Assembly (NCBI GenBank): GCA_964396875.1
Contig: CAYNHK010000001.1
Coordinates: forward strand, 4,546 to 68,545
Source of the DNA: an uncultured Acidobacteriota bacterium
GTDB lineage: Bacteria > Acidobacteriota > Vicinamibacteria > Fen-336 > JAGNNV01
Direction: 5' to 3'
Length of the DNA stretch: 64,000 bases
Shown here: positions 1-8,918 of the stretch, in pieces
Numbering within the stretch: the stretch's first letter is position 1
Layout of the letters: each line of letters starts with the position of its first letter
Notes under the pieces: model-generated
The model's input: only the letters and a program-made list of their open reading frames with translations
Databases searched by the model: none
Told to the model about the DNA's origin: nothing
Made by a program: the position numbers and the translations under genes

Positions 1-263
1 TGAATCAGGCGACAGCTGACGCTGCGGCCCGTCCGGTGCTCGCCGGCCCCGTCGAAGCCACTGGTCTCGGCAACGTCCTGGTGCAGGCGATCGGCTGCGG
101 CGAGATTCCTTCGCTCGAGCGCGGCCGCGAGATTCTGCGAAACGGAGTTTCGCCGCGACGGTTCGAGCCGCGACGCACGGCCGCCTGGGTGGACACCGCA
201 GTTCGCTATCGCGAGATCGAAGCCTGCGCGGCTCGCAGCCGGTCGCTTCGACAGGATCCGTAA
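1..263 (+). CDS. rhaB: Rhamnulokinase-like FGGY sugar kinase, C-terminal fragment; 5' end lies left of the window
   Basis: The reading frame is open to the window edge in the frame of ORF 36..263, with TAA at 261-263. The C-terminal segment GPVEATGLGNVLVQAIGCGEI resembles the RhaB C-terminus (E. coli AGPVEASALGNIGIQLM). The rhamnose locus context fits. Confidence 0.5.
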   Translation, partial: NQATADAAARPVLAGPVEATGLGNVLVQAIGCGEIPSLERGREILRNGVSPRRFEPRRTAAWVDTAVRYREIEACAARSRSLRQDP

Positions 264-283
264 CGGACATCGCTCAGCGACCA
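241..283. repeat. Copy 1 of a 43-44 nt hairpin-forming direct repeat, GGTCGCTTCGACAGGATC...CGCTCAGCGACCA; it overlaps the last codons of the kinase ORF
   Basis: 7-bp inverted arms GGTCGCT (241-247) and AGCGACC (276-282). A near-identical copy lies 107 bp downstream. Confidence 0.6.
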
Positions 284-347
284 TTCTCGCGCTCCCGGTG
301 GCTGAGTCCATCGAGCGCCATTCGGTCGAAGCCACCGGCCGTGCGGC

Positions 348-391
348 GGTCGCTTCGACAGGATCGCAGCACGGACCTCGCTCAGCGACCA
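348..391. repeat. Copy 2 of the same hairpin repeat in the convergent intergenic spacer; possibly a bidirectional terminator
   Basis: Arms GGTCGCT (348-354) and AGCGACC (384-390), followed by CTGCTATTTTCGG. It lies between two convergent stop codons (261-263 and 396-398). Confidence 0.55.
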
Positions 392-395
392 CCTG

Positions 396-1766
396 CTATT
401 TTCGGTAGAACTGGGTCGAGCTGTCGTTGATCTCGATGCGGTGGCGTTTGATGAGGTCGATGATCTCGCCGCCCGCCATCAAAGTCGGCCCGTAACCGTG
501 GGCCGCGAAAACGTGGGTGGGACGGTAGTAATAGAACGCGGGATCAAAGGCCATGCCCGTGCCCACGCACGTGCCTTCGACCTGACCGAGCGCGTTCACC
601 TTGGTCGAGACCGCGTGCCAGCCGAGAAGCGCCATAGGGCCGTACGCGAGAGGATCGAGCCAGCCCTTGTTGACGCCGTGGGCGATCGCGTAAGTGAACA
701 TCGCGGTGGCCGAGGTCTCGAGGTACGAGTCGTTGCGATTCAGGAGCTGGTGCCAGAAGCCCATGCCGCCCTGCACCCGCGCGAGACCGGCGGCGTGTGC
801 GCGGAAGATCTCCAGCACCGCGGGTCGGCCGGGATGGTCGGCGGGAAGGACATCGAGCAGTTCCGACATCGCGATGATGGCCCAGCCGTTGGCCCGGGCC
901 CAGTGGATCTGCGGATGCGGCTCCATGCCCTGGACCCAGCCATGCATGAAGAGCCCGAGTTCCTTGTTGAACATGCGGGCGGCGTACTGCTTGACCTGGT
1001 TCACCGAGTCGTCGAAGTACTTCACGTCTCCGGTCAGCACCCCCATCTGCGAAAGCGCGGGGACGCCCATGTAGAGGTCGTCGAGCCACAGCGTGTTGGG
1101 CTGCGGCCGGTTTCGCGCGAGGGTTCCGTCGGTCAGCCGGAACTCTTTCGTGGCGACCCAGGTGAGGTAGTTGTCGATCCACGGCCGCAGATCGGGAACG
1201 AGGTTCGCGCGCGTGGCCTTGATCATGGCCGCGGCCATGGCTCCCGAATCGTCGAGAGCGGCTGGGCGCAGCAGTTGCCGGATGGCCCCGAGACTTCTCG
1301 ACTCGGCGCCTGAGAGGTGCTGCGCCTGATACCTGCGCGCCCAGGCGTCCACGACTTTGAGGTGCGAGGCCACGTATGCCGCGTAACGGGGGTCGCCCGT
1401 CGCCTCTCCCGCGCGCAACATGCCTGAATACGTGACGCCCCACTCATAGCTGGTGAGCCGGAAGGCGCCGCGCTTCGGCTCAACCCGGCCCGGAGCCTCC
1501 GGTCCGGCGACATCCTGGCCGGTCGCGACATCGAACCATCCGGTTGGCGTGCTCGAATCGACGAAGCCGTAAACGCGGTTCAGCACTTCGGCGACCGCCT
1601 CGGGCGTGGTCGGTCCGTACGGAACCTTGTAGTCCGGCTTCATTTCGTGAAGCGGCGTCGTCACGTCGTTGCGTGGCGCCTGCCCCTGAGCGATCGCGGC
1701 CGATCCCCTTGCAAAGAGCAGGCCCACGGTCACGGCGGCGAACAGCACTCGTGGTGATCTCATCAT
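396..1766 (-). CDS. GH105 unsaturated rhamnogalacturonyl hydrolase (YteR/YesR-like), secreted
   Basis: HWARANGW motif and the six-hairpin GH105 pattern. N-terminal signal peptide MMRSPRVLFAAVTVGLLFA. Start ATG at 1766 is preceded by GAGGAAG; ORF 396..1805 trimmed to 396..1766. Confidence 0.85.
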   Translation of the reverse strand: MMRSPRVLFAAVTVGLLFARGSAAIAQGQAPRNDVTTPLHEMKPDYKVPYGPTTPEAVAEVLNRVYGFVDSSTPTGWFDVATGQDVAGPEAPGRVEPKRGAFRLTSYEWGVTYSGMLRAGEATGDPRYAAYVASHLKVVDAWARRYQAQHLSGAESRSLGAIRQLLRPAALDDSGAMAAAMIKATRANLVPDLRPWIDNYLTWVATKEFRLTDGTLARNRPQPNTLWLDDLYMGVPALSQMGVLTGDVKYFDDSVNQVKQYAARMFNKELGLFMHGWVQGMEPHPQIHWARANGWAIIAMSELLDVLPADHPGRPAVLEIFRAHAAGLARVQGGMGFWHQLLNRNDSYLETSATAMFTYAIAHGVNKGWLDPLAYGPMALLGWHAVSTKVNALGQVEGTCVGTGMAFDPAFYYYRPTHVFAAHGYGPTLMAGGEIIDLIKRHRIEINDSSTQFYRK

Positions 1767-1819
1767 GTCTTCCTCGGGCTTTTTGTGTGGTTCGCAAGCG
1801 TACACTAGGCCCTAAACCA

Positions 1820-4006
1820 ATGGAGACTAACCAGTTCTGGCGATTCGCCCGTCACCCTCGGGCCGCGGTGATTTGCCTCGCCGGGGTCGTCGCGACCGCT
1901 CAGCCGATCGACCGTCAGGCTCTCGTCACGAGGCATAATCCGGTGGTTCGCACGGTTGATGTCGACTCGCCACTTTCCGTTGGAAACGGTCGCTTCGCAT
2001 TCACCGCGGACGCGACGGGCGTGCAGACACTCGCCGCGCACTATCACCGCCACGGCGTTCCTACCGAAACCCTGGCCCGATGGGCCTGGCATACCGAGGC
2101 GAACCCGGCGGGATACAAGCTCGAGGACGCCAACCGCCCTTTCACTCTGGCCGATGGCCGGGTCGTGGGTTATCCCACGAGCGGTTCGAGCCCGGCCGGG
2201 CTTTGGCTGCGCCGCAATCCTCACGATCTCCCGATCGGTCAACTCTGGTTCGAGACGGACCAAAAGGAGCCCCTCGGTCCAGACGACATCCAGGCGCCGG
2301 AGCAGCGGCTCGATCTGTGGCGGGGCGTGATCACCAGCCGCTTCATGATCGGCGGCGTTCCGGTGGAGGTCACCACGGCGTGCCATCCGACTCTCGATCA
2401 GGTCGCGGTGCGCGTCGACTCGGATCTCATCGCCTCTGGAAAACTGCGGGTGAGGCTCGGTTTTCCGCGCGGACATGATCTCGAGGTGAAGAACACGCCG
2501 GCCCTTGACTGGAGCGGACCCGAGAAGCACCAGACCACGGTCGTCTTCCGAAGTCCCAACCGCGTGGAACTCGAAAGACGCATCGACGAGACCCGGTATT
2601 TCGTTACTACGGCCTGGGAGGGCCGGGCCAGGTTCTCCGAGGTCTCAGCCCATCACTATCGGATCGACGGGCGTGGGGATCGCCGATCGCTGGCCTTCAC
2701 GGTGGGCTTCGCCCAGATCCTCTCCAAGGCTCCCGCGCCGACGGTCGACGAGACGCTCGCCGCGGCCGCCGCGCACTGGTCATCGTTCTGGCGGCGAGGT
2801 GGGGCCGTGGACTTCAGCGGAAGCAAGGACCCCCGAGCCGCGGTTCTCGAGCGCCGCGTGGTGCTTTCGCAGTACCTGACCGCGATTCAGATCGGCGGCG
2901 ACTTTCCCCCGCAGGAGAGCGGTCTCACCGCGAGCACCTGGTACGGCAAACACCATACAGAGATGATGTGGTGGCACACCGCCCACTTCTCGTTGTGGGG
3001 AAGAGACGACCGTCTCGCGACCCTTCTCGACTGGTATGTGCGTCGCCTTCCCCTGGCGCGCGAGATCGCGAAGAGTCGTGGCCTGCGCGGCGCGCGCTGG
3101 CCCAAGATGATCGGTCCCGAGGGGCGCGAGAGCCCCGGCGGCAATCCGCTCATCGTCTGGAATCAGCCCCATCCCGTCTATCTCGCCGAGCTGCTCTACC
3201 GTGCGGACAAGGACCCTCAGACTCTCGCCCGGTACCGCGACCTGGTCTTCGAGACCGCCGATGGCCTCGCGTCCATGGTTCATCTCGATCCCAAACGCGG
3301 CGAGTACGTTCTTGGGCCGCCGCTGTGGATCGCGCAGGAGATCTACGACCAGGCAAAGAGCCAGAACCCGTCGTTCGAACTGTCATATTGGCGGTTCGCT
3401 TTGCGCACGGCGCAGATGTGGCGGGAGCGGCTCTCTCTACCGCGTTCGCCGGAGTGGGACGATGTCTTGAAGCGTCTGTCGCCCCTGCCGGTGAAGGACG
3501 GTCGCTATGTCGCGCTCGAATCGCATCCGGATACGTTCGATAACGTCGACAGCCGGCACGATCATCCGACCATGCTCGCTCCACTCGGTTTGCTCCCCGG
3601 CGATGCCGTCGATCGGAAGACCATGGAGCGCACGCTCGATGCCGTGCTCTCGATGTGGGACTGGGAGACGAAGATCTGGGGATGGGACTACCCGATGATC
3701 GCCATGACGGCAGCGCGCCTCGGCCGCCCCGAGGTGGCTCTCGAAATCCTTCTGCGGGATGGGCCGAACAATCGGTACCTTCCAAACGGGCATTGCCCGC
3801 AGCGCAGTGACGAAGCGGCGGTAAAGAATCCCGCACCCGGCGCGCGCAAGCGCGAGATCGCGGTCTATCTGCCGGCGAACGGCTCGTTGCTCTCGGCGGT
3901 GGCGCTGATGGTCGCGGGTTGGGATGGCGCCGCGCAAACCCATCCGGGTTTTCCGAAGGATGGAACCTGGAAGGTCCGGGCTGAAGGACTGAGGCCGCTG
4001 CCCTAG
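1820..4006 (+). CDS. Secreted six-hairpin (alpha/alpha)6 glycoside hydrolase, family not assigned (GH95/GH65-like fold)
   Basis: ATG at 1820 inside ORF 1544..4006, followed by a signal-peptide-like FARHPRAAVICLAGVVATAQ. GNGRFAF near the N-terminus and W-rich catalytic-barrel segments (WYGKHHTEMMWWHTAHFSLWGR) suggest an (alpha/alpha)6 glycosidase. It is the first gene of an operon with a GH2 and an ABC transporter. Confidence 0.6.
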   Translation: METNQFWRFARHPRAAVICLAGVVATAQPIDRQALVTRHNPVVRTVDVDSPLSVGNGRFAFTADATGVQTLAAHYHRHGVPTETLARWAWHTEANPAGYKLEDANRPFTLADGRVVGYPTSGSSPAGLWLRRNPHDLPIGQLWFETDQKEPLGPDDIQAPEQRLDLWRGVITSRFMIGGVPVEVTTACHPTLDQVAVRVDSDLIASGKLRVRLGFPRGHDLEVKNTPALDWSGPEKHQTTVVFRSPNRVELERRIDETRYFVTTAWEGRARFSEVSAHHYRIDGRGDRRSLAFTVGFAQILSKAPAPTVDETLAAAAAHWSSFWRRGGAVDFSGSKDPRAAVLERRVVLSQYLTAIQIGGDFPPQESGLTASTWYGKHHTEMMWWHTAHFSLWGRDDRLATLLDWYVRRLPLAREIAKSRGLRGARWPKMIGPEGRESPGGNPLIVWNQPHPVYLAELLYRADKDPQTLARYRDLVFETADGLASMVHLDPKRGEYVLGPPLWIAQEIYDQAKSQNPSFELSYWRFALRTAQMWRERLSLPRSPEWDDVLKRLSPLPVKDGRYVALESHPDTFDNVDSRHDHPTMLAPLGLLPGDAVDRKTMERTLDAVLSMWDWETKIWGWDYPMIAMTAARLGRPEVALEILLRDGPNNRYLPNGHCPQRSDEAAVKNPAPGARKREIAVYLPANGSLLSAVALMVAGWDGAAQTHPGFPKDGTWKVRAEGLRPLP
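1831..1842. promoter_or_regulatory. CCAGTTCTGGCG box (minus strand CGCCAGAACTGG) in the divergent GH105 / six-hairpin-GH control region, overlapping codons 4-8 of the plus-strand gene
   Basis: 65 nt upstream of the GH105 start at 1766 and 11 nt downstream of ATG 1820. Confidence 0.4.
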
Positions 4007-4034
4007 GGGCAGCCAACACGAAGGACGAGGGACG

Positions 4035-6422
4035 ATGAGGCTTCATGCGATAGCCGTTCTGCTTGCGCTGGCTGCGTCCGGCGCGCGCGCCGAAAGTACG
4101 CGGATCGTGACGCCGCTCGACACCGAATGGCGCTTCCTTCGCGGTCACGCGACCGGCGCCGAAGGCCGCGGTTTCAACGATTCGAGCTGGCGCGTCGTCG
4201 ACGTTCCCCACGACTGGAGCATTGAAGGGCCCTACGACCAGGCGGCGCCGAGCGGCCGCGGCGGCGGGTACCTTCCTTCGGGCGTGAGCTGGTATCGGAA
4301 GGCCTTCACCCTTCCTGAATCCCAGCGAGGCCGGCGCGTCCATGTCGAGTTCGACGGTGTCATGGCGGGCGCGCGCGTGTGGGTCAACGGCCGACACCTC
4401 GGCCATCGGCCGAACGGCTATATCAGCTTCAGGTACGACATCACCGACGTGCTTCGCTTCGGCGTGGGCGATGCCGGGAAGAACGTGATCTCCGTCCGCA
4501 CCGATACCACGCTCCAGCCGGCCTCACGCTGGTACACCGGCCAGGGCATCTACCGGAAAGCGCGCCTTGTCTCCACCGATCCCGTTCACGTCGCCCCATG
4601 GGGCCTGTATGTGACGACTCCCGAGGCCGCCGTAGAGCGAGCCGTCATTCGGGTGCAGACCGAGGTCGTGAACGCATCGAACACACCGCGTCAGGTGATT
4701 GTGCGGCTAGCCCTACTCGATCCGGCTGGCCGCGAGGTCGCGACGCAGGAGGCGCCGACGCAGACGATCGAGCCCGCGGAGCGTGCGACACTCACGCAGG
4801 ACCTCAAACTCGATTCGCCGAAACGCTGGGATCTCGAGAACCCTCATCTATATCGCGCGGTGGCTCGCGTGGTGGCGGACGGCGCCGTAGTGGACGATGT
4901 CACGACGACGTTCGGCATCCGCGACGCTCGCTTCGAGCCCGCCACGGGCTTCTGGCTGAACGGAAAGAACTTCAAGGTGCTGGGCGTGAATCTTCATCAC
5001 GACGGTGGCGCGGTTGGAGCGGCGGTTCCCCTGGCCGTGTGGGAGCGACGGCTCAGGAATCTGAAGCAGCTTGGCGTCAATGCGATTCGGACCGCCCACA
5101 ATCCGCCTTCCCCGGACTTCCTCGATCTGACCGATCGTCTCGGCTTTCTCGTCATGGACGAAGTGTGGGACGCGTGGACGGTGGGGAAGCAACACGCGAA
5201 CTACGGCGTTCACATGATCTTCAGGGAATGGTGGGAAGCCGACACGCGCGACACCGTGCTGCGCGACCGAAATCATCCGAGCATCGTTCTCTACAGCACC
5301 GGCAATGAGATTCACGACACGCCGTTCCCGGATGTCGCCAAGCCGGTTCTGAAAGGCCTGATCGACGTCTTCCACAAGCACGATCCCTCGCGGCCGGTCA
5401 CTCAGGGGTTGTTCCGTCCCAACATCAGCAAGGACTATCACAACGGCCTCGCCGACATGCTCGATGTGGTCGGTCAGAACTACCGTGAGAACGAACTCAT
5501 CGCGGCGTATCACCAGAAGCCGACGCGGAAGGTGATCGGCACGGAGAACCGACACGAACGCGACGCGTGGCTCCCGGTTCGCGACAACGCGTTTTACGCC
5601 GGCCAGTTTCTCTGGCCCGGCATCGACTACCTGGGCGAAGAAGACTGGCCGCGCACCACGTTCGTGCGCGGGCTTCTCGACCGCACGGGCGAGCCGCGGG
5701 CCGCGGGATATCAGAGGCAGAGCTGGTGGTCCACGACGCCTATGGTTCGCGCGTACCGTCGTCTCGCTCCACCACCCCGACCCGAGATCGATCCCGGCTA
5801 CGATCCCGTCGCCCCGCCCCCACCTCCGCCCGCTCCGATCCTCATGTCCGACTGGACGCCGCCGGATCTCAGTCCCCACAGCGAAGACGTCGAGGTCTAC
5901 AGCAACGCGGATGAAGTGGAACTGCGGCTCAATGGACGTTCGGTGGGCCGCCTCCCCAAGCCCGCGGATGACGCTCCACGCATCTTCAAAGTCCCCTTCG
6001 CGAAGGGCGTTCTTGCGGCGGTGGCGAAAAACAAGGGCAAAGTTGTCGCGACCCATGAACTTCGGACCGCCGGACCCGCGTCTCGCATCGTCTTGAAGGT
6101 CGATCGGGCGAGCGTCACCCCGGTGTGGGACGACCTGGCTCACATCACCGCGGAGATCGTCGACGAACAGGGGGTGGTGGCGCCGGGTGCGTCGGCGGAG
6201 ATCACCTTCACGGTGTCGGGGCCCGGCAAGGTCGTCGCGGTGGACAACGGCGATCCGCAGAGTCACGAGCCGTATCAGGCGACGAAGCGCAAGACGTTCC
6301 TGAGCCGCGTGCTCGCACTGGTCCGTGTCGGCGAGGCCTCGGGCCGTGTCACGGTGTCTGCGCAATCGCCAGGATTGGCGACGGGCACGGTTTCGTTCGA
6401 CGCTGTGCCGGTCTCCCGATAG
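4035..6422 (+). CDS. GH2 family beta-galactosidase/beta-glucuronidase-like glycoside hydrolase
   Basis: Signal peptide, then a GH2 sugar-binding domain (WRFLRG...WRVVDVPHDW), a TIM-barrel segment NAIRTAHNPPSPDFLDLTDRLGFLVMDEVWDAW, and NEIHD. Confidence 0.85.
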   Translation: MRLHAIAVLLALAASGARAESTRIVTPLDTEWRFLRGHATGAEGRGFNDSSWRVVDVPHDWSIEGPYDQAAPSGRGGGYLPSGVSWYRKAFTLPESQRGRRVHVEFDGVMAGARVWVNGRHLGHRPNGYISFRYDITDVLRFGVGDAGKNVISVRTDTTLQPASRWYTGQGIYRKARLVSTDPVHVAPWGLYVTTPEAAVERAVIRVQTEVVNASNTPRQVIVRLALLDPAGREVATQEAPTQTIEPAERATLTQDLKLDSPKRWDLENPHLYRAVARVVADGAVVDDVTTTFGIRDARFEPATGFWLNGKNFKVLGVNLHHDGGAVGAAVPLAVWERRLRNLKQLGVNAIRTAHNPPSPDFLDLTDRLGFLVMDEVWDAWTVGKQHANYGVHMIFREWWEADTRDTVLRDRNHPSIVLYSTGNEIHDTPFPDVAKPVLKGLIDVFHKHDPSRPVTQGLFRPNISKDYHNGLADMLDVVGQNYRENELIAAYHQKPTRKVIGTENRHERDAWLPVRDNAFYAGQFLWPGIDYLGEEDWPRTTFVRGLLDRTGEPRAAGYQRQSWWSTTPMVRAYRRLAPPPRPEIDPGYDPVAPPPPPPAPILMSDWTPPDLSPHSEDVEVYSNADEVELRLNGRSVGRLPKPADDAPRIFKVPFAKGVLAAVAKNKGKVVATHELRTAGPASRIVLKVDRASVTPVWDDLAHITAEIVDEQGVVAPGASAEITFTVSGPGKVVAVDNGDPQSHEPYQATKRKTFLSRVLALVRVGEASGRVTVSAQSPGLATGTVSFDAVPVSR

Positions 6423-6433
6423 CATCGTTCCAG

Positions 6434-7951
6434 ATGGCGATGCTCTCTGTTCGAGGCCTGTCCAAGTCCTTCGGCGGTGTTGCGGCCCTCAAGGATGTCT
6501 CGATCGAACTGGAGGCGGGGGAGATTCACGCACTTGTGGGTGAGAACGGAGCGGGGAAGTCGACGCTCATCAAGATCCTGAGCGGAGCTCATCATCGCGA
6601 TGCGGGCACGATCACCATAGGCGCCGAGTCGGCGGACCGTCTCACGCCCCAGCGGGCCCGTGCACTGGGCATCGCCGTGATCTATCAGCAGCCGGCGCTT
6701 CTTCCCGACCTCTCGGTCGCGGAGAACATCGCGCAGGGCCTGGAGCCTCCCGCATTGCTGCGTCGGATCGACTGGGCCGGTCGTCGCCGCAAGGCCGCGG
6801 CGCTTCTGGCGCGTTTGGGTCTGAGCATCGATCCCGACATGCCCGCGAGCGCGCTCAGCATGCCCGAGAAACAGCTCGTCGAGATCGCCCGTGCGCTGGG
6901 TGAAGAGGCCCGCGTTCTCATCCTCGACGAACCCACGGCGTCGCTTTCGTCCACCGAAGTGGCGAGTCTTCTCGCCATCCTGCGCGAACTGCGGGCGCAG
7001 GGCCTCGCCATCGTGTACGTCTCCCACCGGCTCGAGGAGATCTTCGAGATCGCGGACCGCGTGACCATCCTGCGCGACGGCGCGGTCATCGAGACGCGGA
7101 AGACTTCGGAGCTGGATCGCGCCGGCCTCATTCGCCTGATGGTCGGCCGGGAGATGAACTCGGTCTTCCCGGAACGCAAGCTCCATCCGGGCGATTCCGC
7201 TGCCGTGGTTCTCGAAGCCCGCGCTCTCGGCTGCCGGGCCTCCGGGATTCACGACGTCTCCCTGACGCTGCGCGCGGGGGAGATCGTGGGCCTCTTCGGT
7301 CTCGTGCATTCAGGAAGGACCGAACTTGCGAGGATTCTCTTCGGCATCACGCCCGCAGATTCAGGGGAACTGCGGCTCGCGGGGAAGGGCATCGTCGTGG
7401 ACTCGCCGCTCGGTGCGCGCGCCCAAGGGATCGCTTACGTGCCCGAAGACCGGAGGCAGCATGGGATCGTCGCGGCCATGCCGGTGTCGGCCAATTGCAC
7501 GCTCTCGATCCTGGAGACGTTGCGCCGCGGTCTGCTGCTCGACCGCGCGCGGGAAGAAAGCATCGCCGCGTCCTACGTCAGCCGCCTGCAGATCAAGACC
7601 GCGTCCCTCCTGGCCGAGGCGGGCACGCTCTCCGGTGGCAACCAGCAGAAGGTGGCCCTCGCCCGATCTCTCGCCACCGAGCCGAAGGTGCTGATCCTCG
7701 ACGAGCCCACGCAGGGTGTTGACGTCGGCGCGAAGGTGGAGATTCACGGCCTCGTGGCCGACCTTGCCGCGCGCGGTCTCGCCGTCCTGATGATCTCTTC
7801 CGAAGTCCCCGAGATTCTCGGAATGAGCGACCGCATCGCGGTGATGTGCGAGGGCACGATCGTGGCCAGCGTCGAGGCGGCGGACGCGACACCCGAACGC
7901 CTGCTTTCGCTCGCCCTCGGCCGTTCCGGTGTGGAGGCGCATGCGGTCTGA
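6434..7951 (+). CDS. Sugar ABC transporter ATP-binding protein with two fused ATPase domains (RbsA/MglA/RhaT type)
   Basis: Walker A GENGAGKST and two ABC domains. ATG at 6434 lies 12 nt after the GH2 stop. The 5' extension of ORF 6125..7951 overlaps GH2 and was rejected. Confidence 0.9.
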   Translation: MAMLSVRGLSKSFGGVAALKDVSIELEAGEIHALVGENGAGKSTLIKILSGAHHRDAGTITIGAESADRLTPQRARALGIAVIYQQPALLPDLSVAENIAQGLEPPALLRRIDWAGRRRKAAALLARLGLSIDPDMPASALSMPEKQLVEIARALGEEARVLILDEPTASLSSTEVASLLAILRELRAQGLAIVYVSHRLEEIFEIADRVTILRDGAVIETRKTSELDRAGLIRLMVGREMNSVFPERKLHPGDSAAVVLEARALGCRASGIHDVSLTLRAGEIVGLFGLVHSGRTELARILFGITPADSGELRLAGKGIVVDSPLGARAQGIAYVPEDRRQHGIVAAMPVSANCTLSILETLRRGLLLDRAREESIAASYVSRLQIKTASLLAEAGTLSGGNQQKVALARSLATEPKVLILDEPTQGVDVGAKVEIHGLVADLAARGLAVLMISSEVPEILGMSDRIAVMCEGTIVASVEAADATPERLLSLALGRSGVEAHAV

Positions 7952-8918
7952 GAGATTCGGACGCGAGCTGGCGGCCATCGGCGCCCTCGGCCTTCTGCTG
8001 CTCGTGCTCGCGGCGGTGGCCCCGTCGTTCTTCGCGCTCTCGAACCTGCGCGACCTCGCGCTCGACAACGCGACCGTCCTGATCGCGGCCGTAGGCATGA
8101 CCTGCGTGATCCTCACCCGCGAGATCGATATCTCGATCGGATCCCAGCTCGCGATCTCGGGCGTGGTCGCCGGCCTCCTCTTCAAAGAGGGCCTGCCCAT
8201 GGCGGCAGTGGTTCCGATCGTCCTCGCGATCGGCGCGGTGCTCGGCGCGTTCAACGGTGCGCTGGTGGCCTGGGGGCTTCCCTCGATCGTGGTGACTCTT
8301 GCAACCATGACCGCGCTGCGCCAGGGCTTGCGCTGGTCGACCCAGGGTGAGGATGTGCTGGGGCTGAGTGGAGGGTTCCAGTGGTTCGGTCTCGGGCAGG
8401 AGACGGGCCGGGCCGTCATCATCGGGATCTCCCTCGTTGTCTTCTGCGTCGCGGCCTGGGCTCTTCGAAATCTCGCCGCGGGTCGGGCGCTCTACGCGGT
8501 GGGAACCGATGCCGAAGCCGCGCGTCTCCTCGGTATTCCGTCGCGGCAAGTGGTCTTCTCGGCGTTTCTGTTGCTTGGAGTCTTGACGGCGCTCGCGGGG
8601 ATCCTGGCGGCGGTGCGGTTTCCGCAGGTCCAGACCGGCGCGGGCATGGGCTTCGAGCTGAAGGTGATCGCCGCGGTTGTGGTGGGCGGCGCTTCGGTGA
8701 GTGGAGGACGTGGGTCACTTCTCGGCACGCTCGCCGGCGTCGCCTTGCTCGGCACTCTGGGACCGGCGCTGACGTTCCTGAAAGTGAGCGCCTTCTGGGA
8801 GGAGGCGCTGCAGGGCGCGATCATCCTCATCGCGGTGGGTCTCGAAGGCATTCGGCATGCGCCTCAAGGGTCGCCCGCGCGTCCTCGCCGGTCTCACCCG
8901 GCGCCGAAGGCGGCATGA
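7941..8918 (+). CDS. Sugar ABC transporter permease (RbsC/RhaP-like)
   Basis: Polytopic membrane protein of the ribose-type permease family. The start overlaps the ATPase stop (ATG 7941; alternative GTG 7929). Confidence 0.85.
   Translation: MRSERFGRELAAIGALGLLLLVLAAVAPSFFALSNLRDLALDNATVLIAAVGMTCVILTREIDISIGSQLAISGVVAGLLFKEGLPMAAVVPIVLAIGAVLGAFNGALVAWGLPSIVVTLATMTALRQGLRWSTQGEDVLGLSGGFQWFGLGQETGRAVIIGISLVVFCVAAWALRNLAAGRALYAVGTDAEAARLLGIPSRQVVFSAFLLLGVLTALAGILAAVRFPQVQTGAGMGFELKVIAAVVVGGASVSGGRGSLLGTLAGVALLGTLGPALTFLKVSAFWEEALQGAIILIAVGLEGIRHAPQGSPARPRRSHPAPKAA

Noticed and set aside
441-1443. ORFs 441..1313 (+), 544..1443 (-), 694..1074 (+) and 1223..1531 (-) overlapping the GH105 gene
   Set aside because: They are antisense or out of frame to a gene with clear GH105 motifs. 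Their products are Arg/Pro/Gly-rich low-complexity translations, typical of GC-rich antisense frames.
1544-1819. 5' extension of ORF 1544..4006 upstream of ATG 1820
   Set aside because: The extension would overlap the divergent GH105 start (1766) and encodes an Arg-rich non-signal sequence. A signal-peptide-like segment begins right after ATG 1820.
3150-6425. Long minus-strand ORFs 3150..4406 (418 aa) and 4848..6425 (525 aa)
   Set aside because: They are antisense to the six-hairpin GH and GH2 genes. The translations are Arg/Ala-rich with no domain features.
6125-6433. 5' extension of the ABC ATPase ORF (6125..7951)
   Set aside because: It overlaps the 3' end of GH2. The canonical ABC N-terminus MAMLSVRGLSKSFGG begins at 6434.
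6275-8549. Minus-strand ORFs 6275..7309, 7361..8422 and 7593..8549
   Set aside because: They are antisense to the well-supported ABC ATPase and permease genes. The products are low-complexity and Arg-rich.
8381-8914. Upstream part of ORF 8381..9859
   Set aside because: It is a different frame from permease 1 and overlaps it entirely. The real permease 2 starts at ATG 8915, overlapping the upstream stop.
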